Shown in pieces: positions 38,738-48,657 of a DNA stretch of 48,657 nt. The DNA lies in the NCBI GenBank assembly GCA_023334545.1, contig JAADVB010000141.1:1-48657 (forward strand), written 5' to 3'. Both the position numbers and the translations under genes were made by a program. Origin of the DNA: Salisapilia sapeloensis CBS 127946 (lineage: Eukaryota; Protista; Oomycota). The notes below the pieces were generated by a model, which had not been told where the DNA came from, made no database searches, and saw nothing but the letters and a program-made list of their open reading frames with translations. Numbering within the stretch: position 1 is the first letter of the stretch; every line of letters starts with the position of its first letter.

Positions 38738-41354
38738 ATGGATGCGATGCAAATATTAGAAGACCTGCATGAGGAAGATCCTCGTGCTGAATCAATTGAT
38801 CTTAGCAATAGTAACTTGGAAACTTTGAGCGACGAGTTGGAATACCTCCACGCTCACTTTCCACGACTTGTACACTTAAATCTCAGCAAGAATAGACTTG
38901 GAGGTTTGCCATTAGACTTTGCAGACAAGCTTCCTCACTTGACATCACTGAACATTGATGCTAATCCGATCGAGTCGGTGTTTTCGGTGACAGAGGCTCT
39001 AGCTGGATGCAAGTCATTGACAAATATTACGCTGGACATCAGTCACGACAGCCAAGAGGACATGATTCGTCGGATGGTACCATCACTTAAGTTTTTAAAC
39101 GAGAAGTGTATTTCGCCTTTAAAGAAGACAATCACATTTAGAGAGCTTCCTGAGAACAACGTCGAGGATCAAAAGATTGAGCACAAAAGGGATGCCACTG
39201 AAGTTAGGGAAACCTCTTTTAAACCCACCAAGTGTAGTGGAGAGTTGGTGAATGTAGCACCGATCACAGAGGTATCCGATGATGGAGATGATAAAGTAGA
39301 TGAACATTCCATCCAAAGAAACTGTGAGGGACAGACAGAAAAGCATGCGACTCGCAATCTCGATGGTTTACCCACGGATATCACGGATATTAAAGGGCAG
39401 TACGACTTTATGTCGCAACTGCTCGAGATTGTACAAGCTTTCCGTAATAGTCAACTGCCTCAAGTGGACAGAGTCCGATACAGCAATGATGCAACAGATG
39501 AAACCAGGTCAGAGCGAGTACAACGGTTATTAGATGTAGAACAAAACATACGAGAAATGATGGAAGATGGAAATATGTCATCAGATTGTGAAGCGGATAA
39601 TGAAGGCAAAGGCAGATCTGGCACTGATTTAGCTCATAAGTTTACCGACGCCAAGCAGATACCAGATCATGCATGGAAGAAGCAATGGGCACTTCTGGAT
39701 CGGTGTTACTTTTGTGGCATTGATGCTGTGAATGACTTTCATCCTGACCTTGCACGCGCTTTTGGTGAGCTATGGCAACTCCAGATGCAGATCGTCAATC
39801 ATTTCTTTCAGCGGATGACCGTCCAAAATGCTGACAATAAGTCAAATAGCAAATTACCGATATCTCCACGTTCAACGGGAGCATCACAAGAGCTTAATAA
39901 AGTTTCTTTAAGAAACAGAAGGAGAAAAGACCCTCGACAAGAAAAGGAAGTATGGGATGTGGTAAAAGCATTAGAACGGGACATGGAAATGACTCGAGAT
40001 AAACTTCGAACGGAGCAACGTCGGCAGCACTTACTAGTGAAGGAAAACAAGACACTTCGAGATACAAATGAAAAGCTACTTAAGGGACTAAAGTTGGATC
40101 CTTTTTCGACCGAGGATCAGAAGAAGTTTGAAAAGGAGCTATCGATGATCGAGACCAAATATGTCGATGGTGTCAACAGTTCTAATGGCCGGTACGTACA
40201 TGCTGTATCGACTGGGTACTCGAATGAGCTGCGAATATCTGTTGCAATCCCTCAACACCTTGTATTGGATAGTGGCAAGTACGGACGACCGCCATCTCCT
40301 CAGCGTGAAGCTATAATGGCACAACAGTCAAAGAGTCCAAAAACTACGAAAGATCTCACGTTGCATCAACTCGTGGACCTCATTGAATGCATCTTGCAAT
40401 CGAAAGAGAAATATGACGCAAGTGCTGGACGCAGTGGATCACCACGTGAAACCATCGAGCAGCATATGTATACGTACTTGAATCATCGATTCGGTCTGCG
40501 CTCAATGGTCGTGGAGTATGCAAGCGCTATTTGGAAAGGTTGTGCACTATTCGAAAAGCTCAGTCACGAAGTACGCATGTTTCAAGCACTTCTTAAGAAC
40601 CAAGTCGACGAAGGATACCTCAATGTCAAAACAAAACTTGAAAAGGCGATACGAGAGTTACTGAAAGCTTACTTGCAAGCCAAGTATCCTTTAAAGAATA
40701 AAACCGCAATTCATGAGATGGTCTGTGGTCGAGTGGAGGGACTGATCTATGAAGAAGAGTGGCTAAAACTTCTTAGCTACTTGTACACATCGCGGGATGT
40801 AAGTACACTGGTCAACATTTCACGTTCGCATTGTTGTAATGGTGCATTTGATTTATGATAGAGCAAAGCCTTAACAAAGTTAGTTCGACGGGAAGCAGAA
40901 AGTTACGAAAGCAGCATACCAGAAACGCAGAGAACGTCTTTCATGGTCATTCCGTTCGAAAACTTCCAACACATACTCCTAGATTACCAGTTACGTGGAA
41001 GAATGAAGCTACTGGAGAGTTTCCGAGAGTTGTTCCACGAGCATGACATGGACAGTGTTGGCATCGTTCGACGAGTATGTATCCAGTCAAAAAAACATTT
41101 TCGACCTGATATAAACATGTCGAACATAGGATGGATTCCGGACTATTGTTGGCCATGTATCGCCCGACAAGGTAGGAAGCAAGAAAGTTAAATTTAAGAT
41201 TCGATCTACTAATGTATCACTTTGCCTGTAGTCAAAGGAAAATATCGAGGCACTAGTACAAAGACTAGATCCACTTAATCAAGACGCTGTGACGTTCTCG
41301 GACGCAGTAGCAGCTTTATTGAGCGACATTCGAGCAAGGTCGTCGAAACGTTAG
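38738..41354 (+). CDS. LRR + coiled-coil + conserved helical domain + C-terminal EF-hand-like pair, 4 exons
   Basis: N-terminal LRRs (IDLSNSNL, LVHLNLSKNRLGGLP, LTSLNIDANPI), the block ETIEQHMYTYLNHRFGL...QVDE, and the spliced C-terminus DMDSVGIVRRDGF...DPLNQDAVTFSDAV. Confidence 0.75.
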
Positions 41355-41383
41355 TCATCATGCAGGCATCAAAAGGATTAAAA

Positions 41384-43030
41384 TCAATATCCCATTTCGA
41401 ATAGCTCCCAGAAAGTTTCACTTTCTTCGCCTTGCTGTATCACTTGTAACTTGGCATTTGGTACCTTTGTACGAATTACATTGTCGATGTAGGAGTGTGC
41501 TTTAGTTACCACTGTATCTAAATCAACTGACGCATGCTGGCCGATCCATATATACTGAAGAGGATTTTCAGATGCCAGTAGCAAATACGTAGAAGCCGGT
41601 TCTAAGTCTTCAGAGTCATACTGCGTCAACTCTTCCCATTCTCCTTTATGATTCTCGAGCTTTGGTTCAAATAGAAACAGTCTAGGCGACTTCTCATTTT
41701 GCACTTTCAATTCGTCGACTTCATCACGCACCTCAGGCTCTGATCTCGCCGTAGAGACCGTATTCGTAATGTCGCTTGTCCCTGCATCACCTAGCTTTGA
41801 TATGTTATCACGGAGAGCCCATGCCAGCTCAGTAGCATATCCGAAATGGTCCATTTCGGTACTCGGTATGAAATGTGGGCTCTCCTTGGACAAATTTGGC
41901 TGGTCCTTTACCACTATCTTTACGCCATTGTCTTGTTTCATCGCCTGACGATTGGGATTGTACAGACACTGCATACGCAGCATTCTCTGTATATGCTCTT
42001 GCACCATTTCAATGCCGTCAGCAATGTGGCAATTAGGTCCTTTCCAAACAATGACTTGGTTCTCACTGTTCATGTAGACGAAGATACCTTGATCCCAAAG
42101 CCAGAAAGAGAGAGTATCACCAGGTCGAGTCTGTTGTACTTGAACCCTTTTGCCTCCACTAATGAATGGATCCAGACATTTCTTCAATACCCATGTATCT
42201 TTGTCGTATTTGGCATGTGGTGTGAAGCGATAGAGACCCCATGGTACTTGCGTGCGCTGCAAGTCGTGTTCCCATTCAATCAGCTGCCCCAAGAAGCCTG
42301 CATTGGGGTTACAGATGGGTCGCTTGCTTTTAACTGTATCGAAAGCTTGTTTAAAAGGTATCTTCTGCGAGAACATGAGGTACGCAATGACGAGCGTGCA
42401 GGATCTTGATATCCCTTTATGGCAGTGTACAAGTACTTTGCCACCTTGACTGATGCAATCATGAATGAACGCAGTCGTTTCGTACAGAAATGGACCTAAA
42501 TCTTCTCGTGCATGGTCCCGTACACCTAGTTCGAATACCTGGAATCTCTTCCTTCCGTCCTCCAATCTCTGACGCTCAAGATTGTCTTCTTCGCTCATCA
42601 TCACATTGTTATTAATACAAATGTATGCTGGTGGAGCGAACAATCCTTGACAACAGCTAAGGATATGTGTGATGCCCATTTGCTCTAGTCGATCAAAGTC
42701 CTGGGCAACAATTAAATTACTGACGTAGAGTGCATCAGGCAGTATTTCGGAGCAAACGTAACGGAAGTGATGACCAGCTTGACTCATTCGAACACTTTCT
42801 GGAACTGCATGCGCTTCATCTGGGGCCGATCTAGTCGAATCACAATGGGCATTCGTTTCGTCATGAAGCAATGCGTGGGCAGGAGGAATGATCTTGCTAA
42901 TAGAGGATTTAGTGTCGATTTTAGCTGCTGGTACTGTCTTCTCTATAGTCTTTTGCTCACAGTTCACTCGACCACCAGATTTACTAGGCAAGATGCCAGT
43001 AAATACTTCCTTGGAATGTTGGACTCCCAT
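41384..43030 (-). CDS. Dual-specificity (MAPK) phosphatase with gelsolin-like domains, plant MKP1-like, single exon
   Basis: Active site VLVHCHKGISRS (HCxxGxSRS), AYLM and ICNPNAGFLGQL; C-terminal gelsolin-like YIWIG...QGEESETFWELF; N-terminal MGVQHSK myristoylation consensus. Confidence 0.9.
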   Translation of the reverse strand: MGVQHSKEVFTGILPSKSGGRVNCEQKTIEKTVPAAKIDTKSSISKIIPPAHALLHDETNAHCDSTRSAPDEAHAVPESVRMSQAGHHFRYVCSEILPDALYVSNLIVAQDFDRLEQMGITHILSCCQGLFAPPAYICINNNVMMSEEDNLERQRLEDGRKRFQVFELGVRDHAREDLGPFLYETTAFIHDCISQGGKVLVHCHKGISRSCTLVIAYLMFSQKIPFKQAFDTVKSKRPICNPNAGFLGQLIEWEHDLQRTQVPWGLYRFTPHAKYDKDTWVLKKCLDPFISGGKRVQVQQTRPGDTLSFWLWDQGIFVYMNSENQVIVWKGPNCHIADGIEMVQEHIQRMLRMQCLYNPNRQAMKQDNGVKIVVKDQPNLSKESPHFIPSTEMDHFGYATELAWALRDNISKLGDAGTSDITNTVSTARSEPEVRDEVDELKVQNEKSPRLFLFEPKLENHKGEWEELTQYDSEDLEPASTYLLLASENPLQYIWIGQHASVDLDTVVTKAHSYIDNVIRTKVPNAKLQVIQQGEESETFWELFEMGY

Positions 43031-43862
43031 GAAGAAGTCTTATGACAAAGTGAAGGAAGCTAGCTCAGGACAAAAATAGCAAGGATCGCATAAACGTGAA
43101 CCGGATATCACACCTGACGAGATGCCCAGCCTCATGCTATATTAGACCAGTCAAAGTCCATTACTCGGAGTTACGAAAGCAAGATCAGATAATTCTCTGA
43201 AGTATGGCCTAACTGCGTTTTGAACTGTATCCTTCTCACATACTCCCATTTTCGCTTTCTAGTGCTTCAAAGGAAGACACTTCGCAGTCATAGTCTCAGG
43301 CGAAACACATCTAGAACTTGCCGCAGCATATTATTTCTGAGTACTTGTCTACTTCTTCCATGAGTGTCAATTCGCGATGTCGCTTCCTGGCTACAGTCGC
43401 AACTGCAACCCAACTTCAAGTTACAAAGAGAGCATTTGTAATTCGAATGAAAGGAGGAACTGCATATACTTCTTTGGAGGATGAGATTTTAGCATGTCTA
43501 CAAACCTGCTGGAAGCAAGCCAGCTCCAACCACGAAAGGTTACCTATGTGTTCCTAATACACGGTAGTGCATGCACCCATAAGCAAATGTATTTACTCCT
43601 GGATATTCTATTCTATCAGCCGCCAGAGTTCGATTGCGGAAAGCGATGCAAAAAATCAGGTTTCTACTCAACCTTCACTCACTTGGCACGGCTACACGCT
43701 TCCCGGTAGGCACCGTCTACCGCCCATGTATTCATAGTTGCAGTAAGAGATTAATGCACAAAATAACTTCGAAACGAAATTTTCTTCGTGTAATTCAAGG
43801 ACGTTTGTACCCACGTGAAAATATTCTTGAAGTGCCTTTTCCGAGTCATTTAAAGAAAAGCG

Positions 43863-45104
43863 ATGGGATGTGCAAATAGTCGAGAGGATAGAGTGGAGCG
43901 GAGGGCATCTTTGACGCCTGTATCTCAAGCGTCTGCTTTCAAACCCATTCCAGACCGCTACGAAACGCTAGGTGCGTTCCATTTGAAGACTGAATAGAGC
44001 TTGGTACTTATTTATATGTTGACAGACGAGGTGCAAAGGGATTTACGGTCATTTCATCTAATTACAGCTACTTCTTTCAATCATAGCTGATCATGTGTGG
44101 TTTATAGGAAAGCTGGGTTAGAATCATCCAACCTCATCATTGGTGTACGAATGAATGATTTATCTATGAAAGAATTTAAAAGCTAAGTGCGCCTGTGCAT
44201 AGGTTGACTTTACAAAATCAAACACGGTAGACTAGACATGTGTGCTGTCAATTTAAAAAAAAAGCTGAATTTGTATCTGCACCATCAGTGGACTGGTAAA
44301 GACTCCTTTGGCGGCAAAAGTCTCCACCATGTAGACCCCTCTGCCTTCTTTCTCAATCCATACCAAGTATTATATACATTTAGATGCAAGAGACCATCAA
44401 ACTGTATAAATGACTGATCTGAATCCATTTGTAGAGCGTCATCTCTGTGATCGGGCGAGTTCTCGAGGCCTTTGATGACGACAATATCATCCCGACGTAC
44501 GGTTTCGGTGATGTCAATACAAAAGGAAGTAGCTGCTTTTCGTTTGAAGAGGGTGGGTGTCGTGGATTCGAACGCGTCCTCCAATGTTACAACCAGATCG
44601 TGTCGGGTATCCAGCTTTCCGGTCCAACAAATTTTGCTCCAGTCATCCGGAAGACGATCGAGGCAGTTAAGGTCGAAGGAGGGTACCACATCCTCGTTAT
44701 CATAGCAGACGGCCAAGTGACCAGCGAGAAAGATACGCGTCATGCCATTGTCGAAGCTTCCAATTGGCCTATCTGTACGTGCAAACTGTATCTTACCAAA
44801 GTCTATTCAGTCTAAAGTATATTGCAGCAATTATCATGGTGGGTGTCGGCGACGGACCGTGGGACATCATGGAAGAGTTTGATGACAAATTACCCAAGCG
44901 ACGCTTTGACAATTTTCAGTTTGTCGACTACAACACTGTCATGAAAGTGAACAAAACGAACCCTGAAGCAGGATTCGCCATCATGGCGCTCATGGAAATT
45001 CCTGGTATGTAAACAGCACCAACTAAATTTCTATCAACATCCATTGATTTTATGTAATAGAGCAATACCAAACTATCCGTAGTCTGGGGCTGTTGGAGAA
45101 ATAA
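43863..45104 (+). CDS. Copine/RGLG-type vWA domain protein #1 (no RING, no C2), 8 exons
   Basis: MGCANS...YETL|DEVQRDLR|[12 protein letters not shown]|VDFTKSNT|WTGK...NPYQ|...[14 protein letters not shown]...SGPTNFAP...[12 protein letters not shown]...|[12 protein letters not shown]...FDNFQFV...EIP|EQY...LGLLEK*. Confidence 0.9.
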
Positions 45105-45469
45105 ATTGAATTTGACTTTTAGCTTTGTCGTCTAGCGTACACCCGACACCACGCGCAGCAACAGGCGCTGAATGAATAAAGTCTATTTGGATTTATCAGT
45201 CACTTGGAGTACAGTTCACTTTTTGTTTTCAGTAAAAGGAGGTAGCCAGAACTTTTATCGAAGGACAGACGAATATTCCTACCACAATCTACTTATCCAC
45301 AAGTTTTCTAAGCAGACGAAGAACAGGCCGAAAGACCTTTCGAGCCGAAAACGACTGGTAGCATGTCATTTGCTTGTACCGTGCATTAGTGGCCGTAGGA
45401 CTAATACCCATAGTTGTGCTATCGTGATGTCCCACTGGGTTGATTCCCTCCTAGTTGCTATATTATTCG

Positions 45470-45483
45470 TCATTTCCGCTTTT
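45470..45483 (+). promoter_or_regulatory. Oomycete Inr/FPR core promoter element
   Basis: TCATTTCCGCTTTT is a perfect match to TCATTYBNNNWTTY, 32 nt upstream of the ATG at 45516. Confidence 0.7.
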
Positions 45484-45515
45484 GCCGAACGCAATCAACT
45501 GCAGACTGGAACAAA

Positions 45516-46749
45516 ATGGGTTGCCCATGTAGCAAAGTTCATCGGCCCGAAGATATGCTGTCGCCACTGACGTTTGAGGACTGTCATGGTGTCGACACAG
45601 ACTCTTGCTGCTACGAAACGATCCGTACCTATCTATCGAATTTCATGCTTCGCAAAACCTTTTAAACTCATCTACACTTTGAATTTGTACCTTAGATGAT
45701 GTCGAGAAAAGCATTAGGTAGACATACTCTGGGAGTATCAATATAGAATACAAAGTAAACTTTGTTCTGACAGGAGAGCTGGATTGGATTCTTCCAACCT
45801 GATCATTGGTGTATGTATCCTTCCTACAATGTAGTTCCAGACGAAGCTAATGATTTCTTTGTAGATTGACTTTAGCCGAAACAACCAGGTAAGCACCACC
45901 CATACCGGCACGTCTATCGAGTAGATGTAAATGTTTGTATATAGTGTGCTGGAATGCATACGTTCCAAGGCAAATGTCTGCACGATATTGATATAAGCAG
46001 CGAAACGCTGAATCCGTACCAGGTACGCTCCAAACTTTTCTCAGCATCTTCAAGATTTCCATTCATCTGCATGTAGCAAATACTCACGACACTCGGACGC
46101 GTTCTGGAAGGCTTTGACGATGACTACAACATTCCAGTGTTTGGCTTTGGAGACGAACGGACAAAAGGTGATGGGTGTTTTAGCTTGAAGCAGGGTGGAT
46201 GCAACGGCTTTGGAGAAGTGATAAGCGAGTACATCACGACAGCTGGTGAAGTGAAGCTGTCTGGGCCGATAAATTATGCGCCAATGCTACGAGAGGCAAT
46301 GAAGGAAGTAGAGAAGACCGGTAGCTACCACATTATCGTGATTATTACAAGTGGCGAGACGGCGATGGAGCAAGAAACTATCCAAGCGATTTCAGCTGCA
46401 TCTCATTTGCCAATATGTACGTTCATGTTAAAGATGATGCGGTAGGTTGACTGACATGTATTATAGCTATTATCGTCATCGGCCTGGGGGATGGACCGTG
46501 GGATTCCATGAGCGAGTTTGAAAGTTTACTGGAGGACCGTCAATTTGCCAACTTCCACTTTGTCGACTTTGAAGCTGTGAAAAAGAAAAGTGCAGACAAC
46601 CTCGAAGTTGAATTCGCTATCCGAGTGCTGCACAAAGTACCAGGTATACCGTTCGTTCAACACAATTGAACACATATGATTCAGTCATGCATCCTGTAGA
46701 ACAATATCGCGACATTCGGGAGCTGGGTCTACTTCGTAAAGAAGCATGA
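45516..46749 (+). CDS. Copine/RGLG-type vWA domain protein #2 (diverged tandem paralog), 8 exons
   Basis: MGCPCSK...YETI|HDVEKSIR|RAGLDSSNLIIG|IDFSRNNQ|...NPYQ|...FDDDYNIPVFGFGD...SGPINYAP...YHIIVIITSGET...GLGDGPW...KVP|EQY...LGLLRKEA*. All seven introns are at the same positions and phases as in copy #1. Confidence 0.85.
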
Positions 46750-47152
46750 TACATATGCACCTTTTACTTTAACTAATAAATTCCGTATTCTTCCATCAAA
46801 CTCCTACCATCCCACAACACATTTCGTGTACCACAAACCATTTCCAATGCATGCCGAAGCCATGTAAAGTGAAGGATAGCTGTCTAAAATGTATCTTCAG
46901 AATATGTCCTATCTATGAAGTGTACCTTTACTGTACCACTATGACGCATAGCCATTCATCTTCTCGATTGGCTGAAAACATATAATCAGATTAGTCATCA
47001 CGGGAAGCAAAGCACTCTCCCTTTCTAAACCAGCAATTATGTGACTTATGTGTAATGCGCACACAAGTGAAGGTCTATGATCTGTTCGTTTCAACTGCTC
47101 ACAACTCAATTCCATCGACAGCACGCCAGTCGCCTCCAACCCTTCACGACGG

Positions 47153-48657
47153 ATGGGAGGACTGTCTCACTCGTCGCCATCGGCGCGAGGGGCAAGCAAG
47201 GACGAGAAGCTCCCGTTGCTCCAAGTGAATGAAGTTCCGTCGAAACAAACGTCGTACGTCGAGGATCAGTCCAAGGATGAAGGACTTGGACATACGTATC
47301 CGAAGAAGGAAGCCGGTTGGATCAGTAGCATCTTCTTCTCCTGGATCACACCGTTGATGCAACTTGGCAACAAGCGCACGTTGCAGCATGAAGACTTGTA
47401 CCAGCTCGATCCGTCGAACCGTGCGACGCACGTCTCCGAGGATTTCCAAGAAGCGTGGAACCAGCAGCTTGCAAAGGCTCCTGGCAGTAAGCCGAGCCTC
47501 GCAATAGCACTGCTGCTCACCTACGGTGGTCACATCCTTCGTGCTGGTATCCTAAAGCTGATCCACGATTCGCTCCAGTTCGTCGCGCCGATGATGATCC
47601 AGCGTATCATTGCGTTCCTAAAGGATCCCGAAGCACCGCTATCAGAAGGTCTCTTGTATGCCACGCTTGTGTTTTTTGCTGGTATCGGCCAGTCCTTTTC
47701 TCTTCGCAACTACTTTTTCTTGTGTTATGAAGCTGGGTTACGTATCCGTACGGCGATCTGCACTTCAGTCTATCGGAAGTCCCTCGTGCTGTCGGCCACT
47801 GTCCAGAACAAGCGTTCGTCTGGTGAAATCACGAATCTCATGTCTGTTGATGCGAACCGACTACAAGAGCTCACGACGTATGGAAACAGTATCTGGTATG
47901 CACCTTTCCAAATCGTTGTGTCGCTAGTACTCTTGTGGCAGCAACTAGGAGTGTCCACTCTTGCCGGTGTCGCCGTCATCATCCTCATGCTTCCTGTGAC
48001 GGCTGGTATGTCTCGCATCATGCGCAGTCTACAGCAGAAGCTGATGAAGATCAAAGATACGCGTCTGAAGATCTGTGGTGAAGTCCTTGCTGGCATGAAA
48101 GTCATCAAGTTCCAAGCTTGGGAAAACAGCTTCACCAAGTCGGTCATGTCTTACCGTAACAGTGAGCTTGAGCGTCTCCGGACCTACATCTACGCTCGTA
48201 GTGGTGCCATGACTGTCTTCTCCGCCATCCCCTCCCTCGTGACGGTCTCCTCCTTCATGACGTACGTCCTACTCGGCAACACACTTGATGTCGGTACGGC
48301 TCTTACTAGTTTGGCGCTGTTCAACATCCTCCGCTTCCCCTTAAACATGCTGCCACAAGTGGTAAACTCGTTTGTCGAAGCTGGTGTCAGTGTCGACCGT
48401 TTGAGTGCCTTTTTGATGGAGGAGGAGCATCAGAAGGTTGGCTCGGGCAACTTGACGGAAGTCGGGATCGAGGTGAAGGAAGCTGACTTTGTCTGGGACA
48501 GCGACCCTGCTCAAGCGCAGGAAGGCGAGACGACCGAGTCGGCCAACACGGACTCGGAAGAAGGGGCCAAGACGCCTGTGCTTCGTCAGATCTCTCTGAG
48601 CGCTCGTGCTGGAGAGCTCATTGCAGTCGTTGGCCACGTCGGATCCGGCAAGTCCAC
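47153..48657 (+). CDS. ABC transporter C family (MRP-like), 5' part: TMD1 and start of NBD1, truncated by the window end
   Basis: Open from ATG 47153 to the end of the window: AGWISSIFFSWITPLMQLG, GEITNLMSVDA, IKVIKF-like 'MKVIKFQAWE', TSLALFNILRFPL, SVDRLSAFL, and Walker A AVVGHVGSGKS at the edge. It is absent from the ORF track because it has no stop. Confidence 0.95.
   Translation, partial: MGGLSHSSPSARGASKDEKLPLLQVNEVPSKQTSYVEDQSKDEGLGHTYPKKEAGWISSIFFSWITPLMQLGNKRTLQHEDLYQLDPSNRATHVSEDFQEAWNQQLAKAPGSKPSLAIALLLTYGGHILRAGILKLIHDSLQFVAPMMIQRIIAFLKDPEAPLSEGLLYATLVFFAGIGQSFSLRNYFFLCYEAGLRIRTAICTSVYRKSLVLSATVQNKRSSGEITNLMSVDANRLQELTTYGNSIWYAPFQIVVSLVLLWQQLGVSTLAGVAVIILMLPVTAGMSRIMRSLQQKLMKIKDTRLKICGEVLAGMKVIKFQAWENSFTKSVMSYRNSELERLRTYIYARSGAMTVFSAIPSLVTVSSFMTYVLLGNTLDVGTALTSLALFNILRFPLNMLPQVVNSFVEAGVSVDRLSAFLMEEEHQKVGSGNLTEVGIEVKEADFVWDSDPAQAQEGETTESANTDSEEGAKTPVLRQISLSARAGELIAVVGHVGSGKS

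Noticed and set aside
45172-45570. 132-aa plus-strand ORF between the two vWA genes
   Set aside because: It runs through the Inr/FPR element and overlaps the real copy-2 start (ATG 45516) in another frame.
2464-46749. A 'lipid-binding/membrane-trafficking island' (PH, two START-FYVE, two vWA, PAP, EMC3)
   Set aside because: These domains are common in oomycete genomes and the genes are not contiguous. No enrichment can be claimed without a genome-wide background.
794-48637. Numerous 60-220-aa ORFs antisense to or overlapping the long genes (e.g. 3818-4336, 9350-9844, 21806-22318, 26934-27608, 33209-33772, 41846-42409)
   Set aside because: They are shadow ORFs of well-supported genes on the other strand or frame, with no recognisable motifs.
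1-48657. CRISPR arrays, rRNA, tRNA, transposons or LTRs
   Set aside because: I saw no spaced direct repeats, cloverleaf or rRNA signatures, transposase or RT motifs, or terminal repeats by eye. A tRNAscan/Rfam/RepeatModeler run would be needed to exclude small or degraded elements.

Overview
Gene-dense, intron-containing eukaryotic nuclear DNA, most likely from a flagellate (zoospore-forming) oomycete; the species cannot be determined from the sequence. Support: most introns are GT-AG and 50-66 nt long, several matches to the oomycete Inr/FPR core promoter lie just upstream of start codons, START-FYVE proteins are present, and so are cilia-associated genes (CCDC13-like, DNAAF6/PIH1D3-like). 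About 23 genes can be read by hand. In order: Cdc20/Fizzy C-terminus, CCDC13-like, PH + 'pathogen-related protein' (SnoaL/NTF2-like) fusion, mitochondrial-type LpxD (lipid A acyltransferase), a small TM protein, START-FYVE #1, CISD2-like, purple acid phosphatase, EMC3, an intronless 3260-aa ATM kinase, prohibitin, a COX14-like microprotein, a ~1000-aa hypothetical protein, START-FYVE #2, Mn-CDF/MTP transporter, RPC8, a second small TM protein, DNAAF6, an LRR/coiled-coil/EF-hand protein, a DSP-gelsolin (MKP1-like) phosphatase, two tandem copine/RGLG-type vWA genes, and the 5' part of an ABCC transporter. I saw no rRNA, tRNA, CRISPR array or transposon. The strongest leads are the spliced mitochondrial LpxD, the PH-PRP fusion, the tandem vWA pair whose second copy has lost its MIDAS residues, and the canonical versus degenerate FYVE pair. 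All homology calls are from motif recognition and memory, not database searches. I cannot claim a clearly new multi-gene system here.
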